Positions 51,218 through 63,688 of a stretch of 64,000 bases of DNA are shown piece by piece; the first letter of the stretch is position 1, and each line of letters begins with the position of its first letter. The notes below the pieces were generated by a model. The model was not told the DNA's origin. It did no database searches and worked only from the letters and a program-made list of their open reading frames with translations. The position numbers were made by a program, and so were the translations under genes. Source of the stretch: Hypanus sabinus (taxonomy: Eukaryota); NCBI RefSeq assembly GCF_030144855.1, contig NW_026778908.1, forward strand, positions 248,001 through 312,000, written 5' to 3'.

Positions 51218-52154
51218 GGCTACGTCCACACTATTCCAGATAATTTTGAAATTGCTGGTTTCATTTAAAAATGATAGGCATCCACACCAGGCGATTTTAA
51301 AAATACCCCCGTCCACTTTAAAATGGGTATTTGGGTGAATCTCCTCCTACTGGGCATGCGCAGGACACATCTACAGAAAACAAGCGACAAGTTTGGTGTT
51401 GAATCTCACTGCGAAAGTGCATATTTGTGCAGTAACAGACCAGAAAAACGTAATAGGAAACTTGCAAATGACAGACAGCTGTTGGCTCTCATGCATAAGG
51501 ACTTAAAGCTAAAATAAAGAAATATTGGAGCGTATGGAGGCAACCGACCGGGAGTTCACGGAGAGTATGACCCGGCTGATGACGAACATTGAAAAACTGA
51601 CTAACTCTGTTGCATTAATAAAGCACCTTGTTAAATGTATAAAACATGTCTGCACCAGTGTTATCTTGTATTTCCACACAATGTTACATTAGGCTGTTAC
51701 ACGTCTATTGTGAGAGAAGTACTTGCATAAATAGGTAAACCACCTTCATAGAAGCAAGGAGAGAAAACAGGGCAAAGTGAGTATACTTAATTATTCAGTA
51801 AGTTATAGGCCAAAGTATTTGGTGAGTACATTTCTAACTCTTCTGACTTCAGTCTTGTTGCCATCTGTTCTGAAATTGTTAGGTTGTGTGTGGTTTTGCG
51901 TTTAAGAAAACAATGGAATTCCACGCTGCCGCCACCATTTGATCAGGCAGGTCATGACAGGGTTTTTAAAAATCTCAGTTACCCATCCACATTACTCTGC
52001 CCAATCGACGTTTTCAAATTTACACACTCTGGAGGGTGTTTTAGAAAAGCCTCATTTTCAGGGGAGGAAAACGCTGTTTCAGTGTGGACGCAGGGTCAAA
52101 AAGAAGAGAAAAAGCTTTGGTTACGGATTTATCCGGTCTAGTGTGGACGTAGCC
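51218..52154. mobile_element. PIF/Harbinger-type element, copy 2 (uninterrupted, 937 bp)
   Basis: TIR ggctacgtccacacta / tagtgtggacgtagcc; TSD tga; same insertion site as copy 1. Confidence 0.8.
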
Positions 52155-52236
52155 TGAGTGTGTATTGTGTATCGAAGGATAAATAGTCCACTGACTTTGC
52201 ATTTGTACTTAGAGATGTAGCAATACATCCACTTAC

Positions 52237-52518
52237 ACTCCACACTGAGGGTGAGGACCCTCTCCGCAGTCCCGTGTTCATTCCCCGCCACACACTGATA
52301 GACTCCAGCCTGCTGGGGGGTCACCTGAGGAAACACCAGCCACAGTTCATTGCTGGAACTTGTTGTGTTCAGTGTGACACCGAGATGTCTCCACGTTAGA
52401 TTAGACACTGGGACACTCTGGACGGAGCAGAGGATCGATGTAGGAATCCCTTCCTTCATATTCACCCAGGAATTGTTCACGCTGTTGGTAGAAGTGATTG
52501 AGAGATTCTGTGGGGCGT
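52237..52518 (-). CDS. Siglec/MAG-like gene, Ig C2 domain 3 (282 nt, phase 1-1)
   Basis: tgtttgtctttag|AC GCC CCA...GTG GAG T|gtaagt; 275/282 nt identical to the domain-4 exon. Confidence 0.9.
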
Positions 52519-53289
52519 CTAAAGACAAACAGATGGTTAACAGTGCAACAGTTTTGAGGCAATTGAAGACCATAAATCAGTTTTAAAAGTGAGCTGGTCC
52601 TGTTGGGATGTCTGCGGAGCAAGAGATCACGGAGTGAGTGGAGGCAGGTCTCTGTGGGTTTGTGCGTATGAGGAGAGTTTGATGGCTCTGGGCCGATACT
52701 CACTGGAGTTTACAAGAATGAGGGGAATCTCACTGAAACTTAGTGAATATTGAAAGCCTATACCGGGAGGACGTGGAGATAATGTTTCCTGTAGTGTGCA
52801 GGTCGAGGACTGGGGGAACAGCTTCAGAATAGAGGGATGTCCATTTAGAAAGCAGGTGAGGAGACAATTCTTCAGCCAGAGGGTGGTGAATCTGTGTAAG
52901 TCATTGCCACAGTCGGCTGTGGAGGACAAGTCATTGGGTATATTTAAAATGGAGGTTAATAGCTTCTTGCTGAGGGTGTCAAATATTACGGAGAAGACCA
53001 GAGAATGGGGTTGAAGGGGTTAACAAATCAGACATGATGGAATTTGTGTAGCAGAGTCGATGGGCTGGGTGGCCCAATTCTGCTCCTATATCATATGGTC
53101 CACAGTCCAAATTCCTCGCCACAAACTCACAGCCAAGGACAGCCCTGCACTGATTACGGAGAAAGTGTTGTCCAGTTTGAACGGCAGAAACGAGGGATCA
53201 TGCAATATTCGACAGACAATTATGAGGGAGCATTGTGGGCAAAGATGCAGTGCGGAACATTGTTGTCACAGACTGTTGTCACACAGACG

Positions 53290-53910
53290 GAGCACCACAC
53301 TGTCGGAGGGATGATTCTGAGATAGGGTCACACTGTGGGAGGGGCGATACTGGGGAAAAGTCACACTGCAGGAGGTGAAATACTGAGGAACAGTTACACT
53401 GTTTGAGGAGTATACTATGGGAGGGGCGATACTGAAGAGGAGTCACACAGTGGGAGGGGCGATACTGTGGCAGAGTCACACTGTGGGAGGGGCGATACTG
53501 AGGCAGAGTCACACTATGGGAGGGGCAATGCTGAGGGAGAGTCATACTGTGGGAGGGGCGATACTGAGGAAGAGTCACACTGTGGGAGGGGCGATACTGA
53601 GGAAGAGTCACACTGTGGGAGGGGCAATGCTGAGGGAGAGTCATACTGTGGGAGGGGCAATGCTGAGGAAGAGTCACACTGTGGGAGGGGCGATACTGAG
53701 GAAGAGTCACACTGTGGGAGGGGCGATACTGAGGGAGAGTCATACTGTGGGAGGGGCAATGCTGAGGGAGAGTCATACTGTGGGAGGGGCAATGCTGAGG
53801 AAGAGTCACACTGTGGGAGGGGCGATACTGAGGAAGAGTCACACTGTGGGAGGGGCGATACTGAGGAAGAGTCACACTGTGGGAGGGGCGATACTGAGGA
53901 GGGTCGCACT
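53290..53910. repeat. 33-bp minisatellite, about 18 copies
   Basis: Unit gagtcacactgtgggaggggcgatactgaggaa, with interspersed cat/caatgc/ggga variants. Confidence 0.95.
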
Positions 53911-53939
53911 GTTAGAGATCTCTCTCCTAAATGTTGAAA

Positions 53940-55700
53940 ACAGCGGCAAATCCTAAAAGTTCGGGTTTAGAGACCTCCAGAAGGTTTTGGGAGAATGGGG
54001 TGTCATATTGACAGTGGACTAGAGCGGGTTCTTTCCTGCAAGGACCCGGTTTTGAAGTTTTCGGTCCGTGTTTCTCGGGCGCTGAGCAGTGGCTGCAGCT
54101 GACTGATTGCCAAAGTTCGAGTTTTTAACTTTGTCGGAAGCGGGAACGGATTAAATCCGTTTTGAAACGGCGGAAACCCCTCCCGTTTAGATTGCCGAGC
54201 CCAGGGCGATTGGGAAGACTTCGGAGCGACCGGAGGAAGAGCGGACTGACCTGGGAGACACCTTCGTTTTTGCAGCAGCACGGATGGCGCTGAGGGTTTT
54301 CAACCAGACGGACATCCAGCCTGTCCACGGATAACTCCCATCTCCCTCCCCTCTCTCAACTGTTTCTTTTTGAGAGATTATTTGCTGGGGTCTCGCTGTG
54401 TTTAGTCTCAGCGGTGCTGTCGAATTTCGGACTGAGTGGTGACCATCACGGCAGACTGCAGCTCCGAGATGTCGGCATGGCGCAGAGGATGCGGACTCTG
54501 GAGTTACATCTCGCGAAGTGGGTCACCCTTTCAAATTAATAGCCCTGAAAAATGCTGTACAATGCACGGTACCAACTTCAGTCAGAAGGAATGACGCTTT
54601 AAAAGTCATGGCTAAGGCTGTTGGGGGTCGTGAATGCGTTGTTGCATCTGAGAAATCGAACTAGAAAACCGTTTTCTATCTGCGGTCTGTGTTTCTGGTC
54701 CTGAGTTAAAGGCGGGGAGGGTTTCCATAACGGTGGAGCCAGTGTTGGTCCCCGTGCAGATGGTTATAATTTCCAACGTCCACTATCGGATGTGGCCCTC
54801 CTCCCCGCCAGAGCTCTCTGTGTGAAGTGCGGTCAAATATAACTCAATGAGGGACGGCACCTCCGCGGGAATGAACCACCTTTTCTCCTTTCCGCGCCGT
54901 CTGCTTATGCAGCTGGAGCAGGGTGGGGATGTCGAGGGATGCTTTCAGGTACAATTTCAGGGGTAATGTTACCCGATTCCATGGCTACCAGCCGCCCGCG
55001 ATGCAAATAGTTCGGACATATTCGTAACCGCCAGGCTGCTAACTCCATCATGAAGGCAGAAGCCGATGCCGCTGGGCTTCCCCCGCTGCTCCCCTCTTCC
55101 TGTTCCTCCTGTCACCACCCCCCCCTTCTCCCCTTGCCTTGCCGATGGTCGTCGGTGATGGGAGCCACACGGGTGAAAATGAGGTAGGAAGGCAAGGAAA
55201 AACACCCCGAGGCTTCTTCCCCTGCGAAGGGGCGGACGGTTCCTGTTAATCCCGACCTGGAGGGGCCCAAGGCCTCTGAGTTCCAGTAAAGGCCGGGAAA
55301 GGGGAGGTGGTGCCGGAGGCTGTGGACACATCCGAAATGGATGTCAGCGTGCCTCTGCACATTTGTGGTCTGAAGGCGACCAGGGGTCACACGTGGGGAT
55401 GGATTTACCCTCCGGATAAGCCCGGATGCTCAGAGTGTGTCTCCCCAGAGCTGGAGGATACTCCTACCGTAGAGGAGCCCGCAGCCACGGCGGCATCTGC
55501 TGAGCGTGTGTCCTCCGGGCTGGTGAGCGGCACCATAGCACTGGGTGCTGGTGGGGAACAAGCTCTGCCCCATGGTCGGGAGGAGAAGGGTGATGCTTTG
55601 GTAAAGCTGCAGTATCTGGAGGACGATGCTGACGGCCGCTACTGAGGTTATTTCAGATGTCCCGGTAGGTTTAGAGCCCAGCGGCCCTCAGCATCAGTCA
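53940..55700 (+). mobile_element. Degenerate L1-Tx1 5'UTR and ORF1
   Basis: CpG-rich leader, then MAKAVGG..KTVFYL..VIISNVP..FQVQFQG..RCK*FGHIR (about 54609-55030), which resembles Tx1 ORF1 with a decayed CCHC knuckle. Confidence 0.6.
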
Positions 55701-55849
55701 TTCCTGCGGCCCCGTCCGCGGCGGAGCCCCGCACAGCGAGGAGGTTTATGGCAGGTCGGAGATGCTCGTTGAAAAGGAGAGTTAGCGGGTATTCTGTGTC
55801 ATTCCGGCGTCCCAATCAGCGCCAGGAGCAGCGCAGAGAGTTGTAAATA

Positions 55850-57771
55850 AAAGTAGAGAAGGGCCAAGCGGAGCGGCCATTGTTGAGAGTGGGCCAGTGG
55901 TGAGAGTGCGAGTGACAGGCTTTGGCTCAAAGGAGGCTTCAGCTCGGAAGAGGCTTTGGCTCTGGGTCAGTTTCCAGATAAGTTTCTGTTAAGTGTTTTT
56001 TTTGCTGTGTCAGGGGTAATTAATGTAGATTAAATGGCCGCTGTGCAGTCTTAGTGCTGGATGTTGAAGTCAGAGTTTCCCAGGGAACTACATCTGCATG
56101 AAGACCATTCAGCTGCAGTTCCATGAAGACCATGTTGGGGATCTGGAGGAGCAGCTGGGGATGACCTTTGGCTTGTACGGAAGAGTGAGGAGATCATCAA
56201 TTAGAGTTACAGGGAGCGGGTCACACCGATGTCGCAGGAGGATGGGGTAGTTGGGTGACCGTCAGGGGACATGGACATGTGAAAAGTCAGTCAGTGCAGA
56301 GCATCCCTGTGGCCGTTCCTCTCAATAATAAGTAAACCGTTTTGGATACTGTTGTGGGGGATGACCTTCCACAGGAATGACATGGCGACCAGGTTCACTG
56401 GCACTGAGCATGGGTCCAAGGTGCAGAAGGGAAAGAGGGAGTAGAGGGGAGCGTAGTGACTGGGGAATCAATAGTCAGGGGAATCAACAGGAGATTCTGT
56501 GGATGTGAACGGGACACCTGGATGGTTTGTTGCCTCCCAGGTTCCAGGGTCAGGGACATCCCGGTTCACATCCACAGCATTTTGGAGGAGGGAGAGCAGC
56601 CAGATGTCTTGGTACATCTTGGTGCCAATGACATAGGAAGGAAAAGCAAAGAGGTCCTGAAGAGAGGATTTAGAGAGTGAGGCAAAAAGCTGAGAAGCTG
56701 GCCATCCAGGGTATTAATTTCCGGATTGGACCTGTGCCGGTGAAGGTAAAACAGGATGATTTGGCAGCTAGATGCACGGTTGAGAAGTTGATGCAGGGGG
56801 CAGGGCTTCAGGTTCTTGGATCATTGGTCTGGGGGAGATACGACTGTGGCAAAAGAAACCCGAGGGGGAATAACATTCCTGCAGGCAGGTTTGTTATAAG
56901 TGTTGGGGAGGGTTTAAACTGATTTGGCAGGGGGATGGGAACCAGAGGGAAGGGAACCAGGATAGGACGGATGGCAAAAACGCAAAGACATCATGCAGTC
57001 AGACCGCCAAGAAGGACAGACAGATGAGAGGACGAAATTGCAGACAGCAGAGTGAGCATCAGTGAATTAGAGTTGCTGAGTCAAAAAAATAACATATACA
57101 GTACTCAAAGTGTGATATCTCAATGGATGGAGTATAAAATATAAGGTGGATGATCTTTTTTGCACTTATATAGATTGTCAGGCATGATGGTGTGGCCATC
57201 AGTGAATCGTGGCTGAGGGATGGTTGTAGTTGGGAGCTGAATGTCCAGGATTACACGTCGTATCAGAGGGATAAGAAGGTCAGCAGAGGGGATGACGTGG
57301 AACTGCTGGTAAAGAATGGCATCAAATCAATAGAAAGCTGTGACATTGGATCAGAAGATGGAGAATCCTTGTGGGTTGAGTAAAGAAATTGCAAGATAGC
57401 AAACAATATCAAGGGGATAGAAAAAGCATTTTCAACATATAAAAAGAAAAAATAGAGTTGAGAATCGATATAAGACCATTAGAAGATGAGGCTGGAGAAA
57501 TAATAACAGGAGACAAGGAGATGACAGATGAACTAAATGAGTATTTTGCATCAGTCATCACTGTGAAAGACACGAGCAGAGTGGCAGGTGTTGACGGGTG
57601 TGAGGGAAGGGAAGTGAATACAGTTACTGTTACAAGGGAGAAGGTGCTCAAAAAGCTGAAGTTACACAAGTCACCCGGACCGGATGATCTGCACCCTCGG
57701 GTTCTGAAAGATGTAGCAGTAGAGATTGTGGAGGCATTAGTTATGAACTTTCAAGAATCATTGGACTTTGG
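55850..57771 (+). mobile_element. Old CR1, 5' part (ORF1, endonuclease, start of RT)
   Basis: GESIVRGINRRFCG..HLGAND (56456-56680); AISESWL (57192); KSPGPDDLHPRVLK..FQESLDFG (57458-57784). Confidence 0.85.
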
Positions 57772-59325
57772 CATAAGACCATAAGATGAAGGAGGAGAAT
57801 TAAGCCACTCAGCCCGTCAGGTCTGTTCCACCATCCCATCATGGCTGATCCCAGGTCCCACTCACCTCCATACACCTGCCTTCTCACTATATCCTTTGAC
57901 GCCTGATCAATCAGGAAATGATCAACTTCCACAAATATACGCACAGACCTAGGCTCCACTGCAGACTGTGGCAGAGCATTCCCAGATTTACTACTCTCTG
58001 CCCAAAAAATACCATTCCTGCTACCTCTCTTCTAAAGAGTCCTCCCTCAATTTTGAGGCTCTGTTCTCTAGTTCTGGATGCCCTCACCATAGGAATCATC
58101 CTCTCCTATCCACCCTATCTGGTCATTTCAACATTCGGCCTGACTAGTGCCTTATAAAGGCTTAACATTATCTCCTTGCTTTTTTATTTTATTCCCCGAG
58201 AAATAAATGCCAACATTGCATTTGACTTCTTTACCACAGACTCAACCTGTAAATTAACCTTCTTGGAGTCTTGCATGAGGAGGGCTAAGTCCTCTACAAC
58301 TCTGATGTTTGAACCTCTCCATTTAGATGATAGTCCACACTGTTGTACCTTTTACCAAAATGCATTATCATACATTTCCCATCACTGTATTCAAATTGGC
58401 ACATTTTTGCCCATTCTTCCAAAAGTCCTGATGCAATCTCATTGCTTCCTCAGCGCTACCTATCTCCACCTATCTTTGTATCATCCACAAATCCATCAGT
58501 TCCATGATCCGAATCATGGACGAACAACATGCAAAGCAGCTGTTGCAATACTGACCCTGGAACACCACTAGTCACCAGCAGCCAAGCAGAAAAGGCCCCT
58601 TTTATTCCCACTCACTGCCCCCTGCCTGACAGCCATTCTGCTCTATGTGCCAGTATCTTTCCTATAATGCCAGTTATCTTGTTAAGCAACCACATGTGTG
58701 GCACCTATCAAATATCTCCTGAAAATCCAAGTAAATTACAACCACTGCCTCTCATTTGACTACTCTGCTTATCTCTTCCTCGAAGAACTCAGATTTGTCA
58801 GGCAAGATCTATCCTATATCTATCTATCCTTTATCTGTCCTACATGTCATCTCCTCGAAGAACTCAGATTTGTCAGGCAAGATCTATCCTATATCTATCT
58901 ATCCTTTATCTGTCCTACATGTCATCTCCTCAAAGAACTCAGATTTGTCAGGCAAGATCTATCCTATATCTATCTATCCTTTATCTGTCCTACATGTCAT
59001 CTCCTCGAAGAACTCAGATTTGTCAGGCAAGATCTATCCTATATCTCTCTATCCTTTATCTGTCCTACATGTCATCTCCTCAAAGAATTCCAACAGGTCC
59101 GTCAGGCAAGATTCCCCTTTACAGAAACCATGCTGACTTTGACTTACTATATCATTAGGCTCCAAGGACCTCGAAGCCTCATTCCTAATAATGGACTCCA
59201 ACACTTTCACAAACACTGTTAGGCTAACTGTCCTATAATATCCTTTCTTTTCCCTTCCTCCCTTAAAGAGTAGAGTGATATTTGCAATCTTCCAGTCCTC
59301 CAGGACCAGGCCAGAATCAAGGGAC
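57772..59325 (-). mobile_element. Antisense 5'-truncated CR1 nested in the plus-strand CR1
   Basis: cataagac tail at 57772; SLDSGLVLEDWKIAN..QHGF (59049-59351). Confidence 0.85.
58779..59078. repeat. 75-bp tandem repeat x4 derived from CR1 RT sequence
   Basis: Period 75 (58779, 58854, ...); translates as LEELRFVRQDLSYIYLSFICPTCHL on the plus strand. Confidence 0.95.
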
Positions 59326-60710
59326 GCTTCTAGAGGACTGGAAAATTGCAAATGAGGGAGGCAGCAGAAAGGAAATTTTAGAGCAGTTAGCCTGGACTCA
59401 GTGGTTGGGAAGATGTTGGAGTCAATTGTTAAAGGACGAGGTTATGGAGTACTGGGGACACAGGACAAGATAGGATAAAGTCATTGTGGTTTCTTTAAGG
59501 GAAATCCTTGTCTCGCAAACCTGTTGGAATTCGTTGAGGAGATGACATGTAGGACAGATAAAGGGGAAGCAGTGGCTGTTATACATTTGGATTTTCAGAA
59601 GGAATTTGAAAAGTTGCCACACATGAGGCTGCTTATTAAGTTAAAGCCCATGGTTAGAGCATTGGCTGATTAGTAGGAGGCAGTGAGTGGGAATAAAAGG
59701 ATCTGGTTGACTGGCAGTGACTCATAGGGTCAGTGTTGGGACCACTTATCTTTATGCTGTATAGGTGATTTAGATGATGGCTTTGTTTCCAAGGTTGCAG
59801 GGATATTGAATAGTTTGATAATGAATATTGTTGGAGGGGCAGGTAGTGTTGAGGAAACAGGAAGGCTACAGAAGGATGGGCAAGAAAGTGGAACATGAAA
59901 TACAATGTTGCAAAGTGCATGGACATACACTTTGGTAGAAAAAACTAAACCTGCAGACTATTTTCTAAACGGGGAGAAATTCGAAATATCTGAGATGTCC
60001 TTGTGCAGAACACCCTAAAGGTTAACTTGCAGGTTGATTGGGTGGTGAGGAAGGCAAATGCAATGTTAACATTCATTTCAAGGGGTCTAGAATATAAGAG
60101 CAGTGATGTGATGCTGAGGCTTTAAAAGGCACTGGTGAGGCTTCACCTTGAGCATTGTGAACAGTTTTGGGCTCCTTATCTAAGAAAAGATGTGCTGGCA
60201 TTGGAGAGGGTTCAGATGAGGTTCAGATGGATGACTCTGGGAATGAAAGGGTAATCATATGGGGAATGTTTGATGGCTCTGGGACTGTACTTGCTGGAAT
60301 TTAGAAGGATGAGGGGGCATCTCATTGAAATCTTTTGAAAGATGAAAGCTCTAGAAAGAGTAGATGTGGAAAGGATGTTTCCCATGGTGGGGGAGTCTAG
60401 GACAAGAGGACACAGCCTCAGGGTAGAGGGGTGTCCATTTAAAGCAAAGAGGCAAAGATATTTCTTTCACCAGAGGTTGGTGAGTTTCTGCAATTTGTTA
60501 CCACAGGCAACTACGGAAGCCAGGTCATTGGGTATATTTGAGGCAGAGATTGATAGTTTCTTGATAGGCCATGGCATCAAAAATTATGGGGAAAAGGCCG
60601 AGGAGTGGGGCTGAGGAGGGGGAAAATGGATCAGCCATGACTGAATGGCAGAGTAGATTCGATGGGCCAAATGGCTTAATTCTGTTCCAATGTGTTATGG
60701 TCTTCTCATG
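59326..60710 (+). mobile_element. Old CR1, 3' part
   Basis: Resumes at EDWKIAN; C-terminal ERMFPMVGESRTRGHSLRV (60342-60614); ttatggtctt tail. Confidence 0.85.
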
Positions 60711-60834
60711 GATATTCAGGGCAACTTTTGTCAATAAATATATAATTTAGTAATCAAACTGAAATTTGCAGAATATTTCTGTGTACTCTGCAGAGTATTG
60801 CTGTACCTGTATGATAACTGATCCCCATACTTAC

Positions 60835-61128
60835 ACTGCACAGTTAGTGTGAGGGTCTGCTCCGATGAAACAGATGGGTATCTGACTCTGCAGGTGAGAC
60901 TCTGCCCATGGTGTTTGAGCGCTGGGGTCATGGTCAGGACAGAAGTATATGTCAGAGTGTTGTGCCACCGAGTTACACTGCTTGAGACTGATGGTGGTAC
61001 ATCAATGGGGGTGACCCAGGTTAAGGTGGGTGAAGTTCCATCACACGTGGTGTTGAAGATGCAGGTTATGTTCACAGACTTTCCTTCAACAAATTCAGCA
61101 GTGAATATTGTGGGTTTATCTGTGAAAT
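60835..61128 (-). CDS. Siglec/MAG-like gene, Ig domain 2 (294 nt, phase 1-1)
   Basis: ttctgtgttag|AT TTC ACA...GTG CAG T|gtaagt. ITCIFNTTC has the extra Cys for the Siglec V-C2 interdomain disulfide; also YTSVLTMTP..HHGQSLTC. Confidence 0.92.
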
Positions 61129-61587
61129 CTAACACAGAAATGGATCCTTTTAGTTCAATATCACCAGATTCATCAGTTCAGATAGAAATCCCAGCCCCAC
61201 AACAGGAACGGTGTTTACAGGATGATCCCTGAACAATGAGGGTAGAGTGTGAGGGAAAGTTGAACAGTGTGGGGTTCTTTACTGTTCTGAAAGCTGTTGA
61301 GAGGGGAAATGGGAAACAGAGTCCTCCACTGAGAGCCTCAATATCACACAGTCACTGATACATCCAGTGGGGTACGTCCTTCCCCAAACAGTGAGACATG
61401 GGCCAAGTGGACTTGGTCATGGGGGAGATGAGTTCAAAAAGTTCAAATTTAATTCACTAGCAAAGTACATATACAGGTTGTTACCATATACCATTACCAT
61501 ACTCTACATCCTTGTGATCAATTCTCTTGCAGGCATTTACAGGAAAAAAACAGAACGAATTGAATTACAAAAATCTACACATAAGCA

Positions 61588-62750
61588 ATAGACAATAGGT
61601 GCAGAAGTAGACCATTTGGCCCTTCGAGCCTGCACCGCCATTTTGAGATCATGGCTCAATGCCCAGTTCCTGGCTTGTCCCCATATCCCTTGATTCCCCT
61701 ATCCATAAGATACCTATCTAGCTCCTTCTTGAAAGCATCCAGAGAATTGGCCTCCACTACCTTCCGAGGCAGTGCATTCCACACTTCCACAACTCTCTGG
61801 GAGAAGAAGTTCTTCCTTAACTCTGTCCTAAATGACCTACCCCTTATTCTCAAACCATGCCCTCTGGTACTGGACTGTCCCAGCATCTGGAACATATTTC
61901 CTGCCTCTATCTTGTCCAATCCCTTAATAATCTTATATGTTTCAATTAGATCCCCTCTCAATCTCCTTAATTCCAGCGTGTACAAGCCCAGTCTCTCTAA
62001 CCTCTCTGCGTAAGACAGTCCGGACATCCCAGGAATTAACCTTGTGAATCTACACTGCACTTCCTCTACAGCCAGGATGTCCTTCCTTAACCCTGGAGAC
62101 CAAAACTGTACACAATACTCCAGGTGTAGTCTCACCAGGGCTCTGTACAAATGCAAGATGATTTCCTTGCTCTTGTACTCAATTCCCTTTGTAATAAAGG
62201 CCAACATTCCATTAGCCTTCTTCACTGCCTGCTGCACTTGCTCATTCACCTTCAGTGACTGATGAACAAGGACTCCTCGATCTCTTTGTATTTCTCCCTT
62301 ACCTAACTCTACACCATTCAGATAATAATCTGCCTTCCTGTTCTTACTCCCAAAGTGGATAACCTCACACTTATTCACATTAAACGTCATCTGTCAAGTA
62401 TCTGCCCACTCACCCAGCCTATCCAAGTCTCCCTGAATTCTCCTAACATCCTCATCACATGTCACACTGCCACCCAGCTTAGTATCATCAGCAAATTTGC
62501 TGATGTTATTTTCAATGCCTTCATCTAAATCGCTGATGTAAATCGTAGACAGCTGTGGTCCCAATACCGAGCCCTGTGGCATCCCACTAGTCACCACCTA
62601 CCATTCCGAGAAACACCCATTCACCGCTACCCTTTGCTTTCTATCTGCCAACCAGTTTTCTATCCATGTCAATGTCTTTCCCCCGATGCCATGATCTTTG
62701 ATTTTACCCACCAATCTCCTATGTGGGACCTTATCAAATGCCTTCTGAAA
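61588..62750 (-). mobile_element. 5'-truncated CR1 with few disruptions
   Basis: ORFs 62394-62597 ([13 protein letters not shown]) and 61656-62390; caatagacaatag tail. Confidence 0.92.
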
Positions 62751-63322
62751 ATGACAAAGACTGACAACAAAAGGACAAATTGCAAATTTAAAAAAACATA
62801 GTACTGTGAAAATAAGTTATGAAAAGTCTTTGAAAGCGAGTCTGGAGGTCATAGAATCAGTTCAGAGTAGTGGTCTCCTGAACCGGTGTTTGGAGTGTAG
62901 TAACTGTTCCTGAACTAGGTGGAGGATTCTATACCTCTCTCACTATGGTGGATGGTGGATAAAAGATGAAGGAAAGGAGGGGTGTGCAGATGGTCGGGAT
63001 GGACATGGAGAAGGAGTGGAGAGCCGTAGGGAAGCTGAACACCGCCACATGCAGAGACCTAATTCAGCAAGAAACGGCACATAACTCCAAGAACCTCTTG
63101 TGTCCATGTTATTTGTGCTTCAATATGATTGGGAACATAGACTGGCTTTGATAACACAGGGACAGTCGCAAAGCTGAAAATACAGAGGCTGTTTGGGAAT
63201 GAATTGGAAGTTTCCTGAAAATCAGGAGTAGTGACGATGTGAATATGGACCCAGTACAGGTTTATATTATTCCCCACTGACTGCTGAATGTCTGCTGTTG
63301 AGTGACCACACAGAACACCTAC

Positions 63323-63688
63323 CAGAAACACGGAGCTGCGTGGCAGGGAGATAGCTGTAACGATCACCTCCGACAAATTCAATCCTGAAAAAGTACCACC
63401 CTTCATCTTTCCGACGGATGTTGTCTATAACCAGGGAACAGTCATCGTCTTTCAAGTCTCCAGACAGATGGGTTCGATAACGGAACTTCTGTTTCTCCTT
63501 TCTGTGATCGCTGGAGTGAAAGACTATAGGATGAGACTTTGAATTTTGTCCGTTATACCAGATACCAGTCCTCAACTCCTCATGCAGATATGATGGATAA
63601 CGGTAGTGGCATGGAATCCGGGCACACAAGCCTCTCTGTGCTGTCACATCTGATGGTGTTTCAACTCCCCACTCATTCGACATTGTGC
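63323..63688 (-). CDS. Siglec/MAG-like gene, N-terminal V-set sialic-acid-binding domain (366 nt, phase 1-1)
   Basis: ttcattctctcctcag|GC ACA ATG...GTT TCT G|gtaggt. WGV..P..V....GLC..IPC (both Siglec Cys), E-strand DCSL, F-strand WYFFR with the essential Arg (63384-63386) and G-strand RYSY. Confidence 0.93.

Noticed and set aside
53290-53910. CACAGTG/CACTGTG heptamers resembling V(D)J recombination signals
   Set aside because: No nonamer at 12 or 23 nt spacing and no V/D/J segments; the heptamer is simply part of the repeat unit.
53940-55700. CpG-rich region as a host promoter or novel gene
   Set aside because: It is better explained as a Tx1 5'UTR plus decayed ORF1; the ORFs called here have no independent support.
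58698-59222. 174-aa repeat protein
   Set aside because: It is the antisense reading of a tandemly duplicated CR1 RT fragment.
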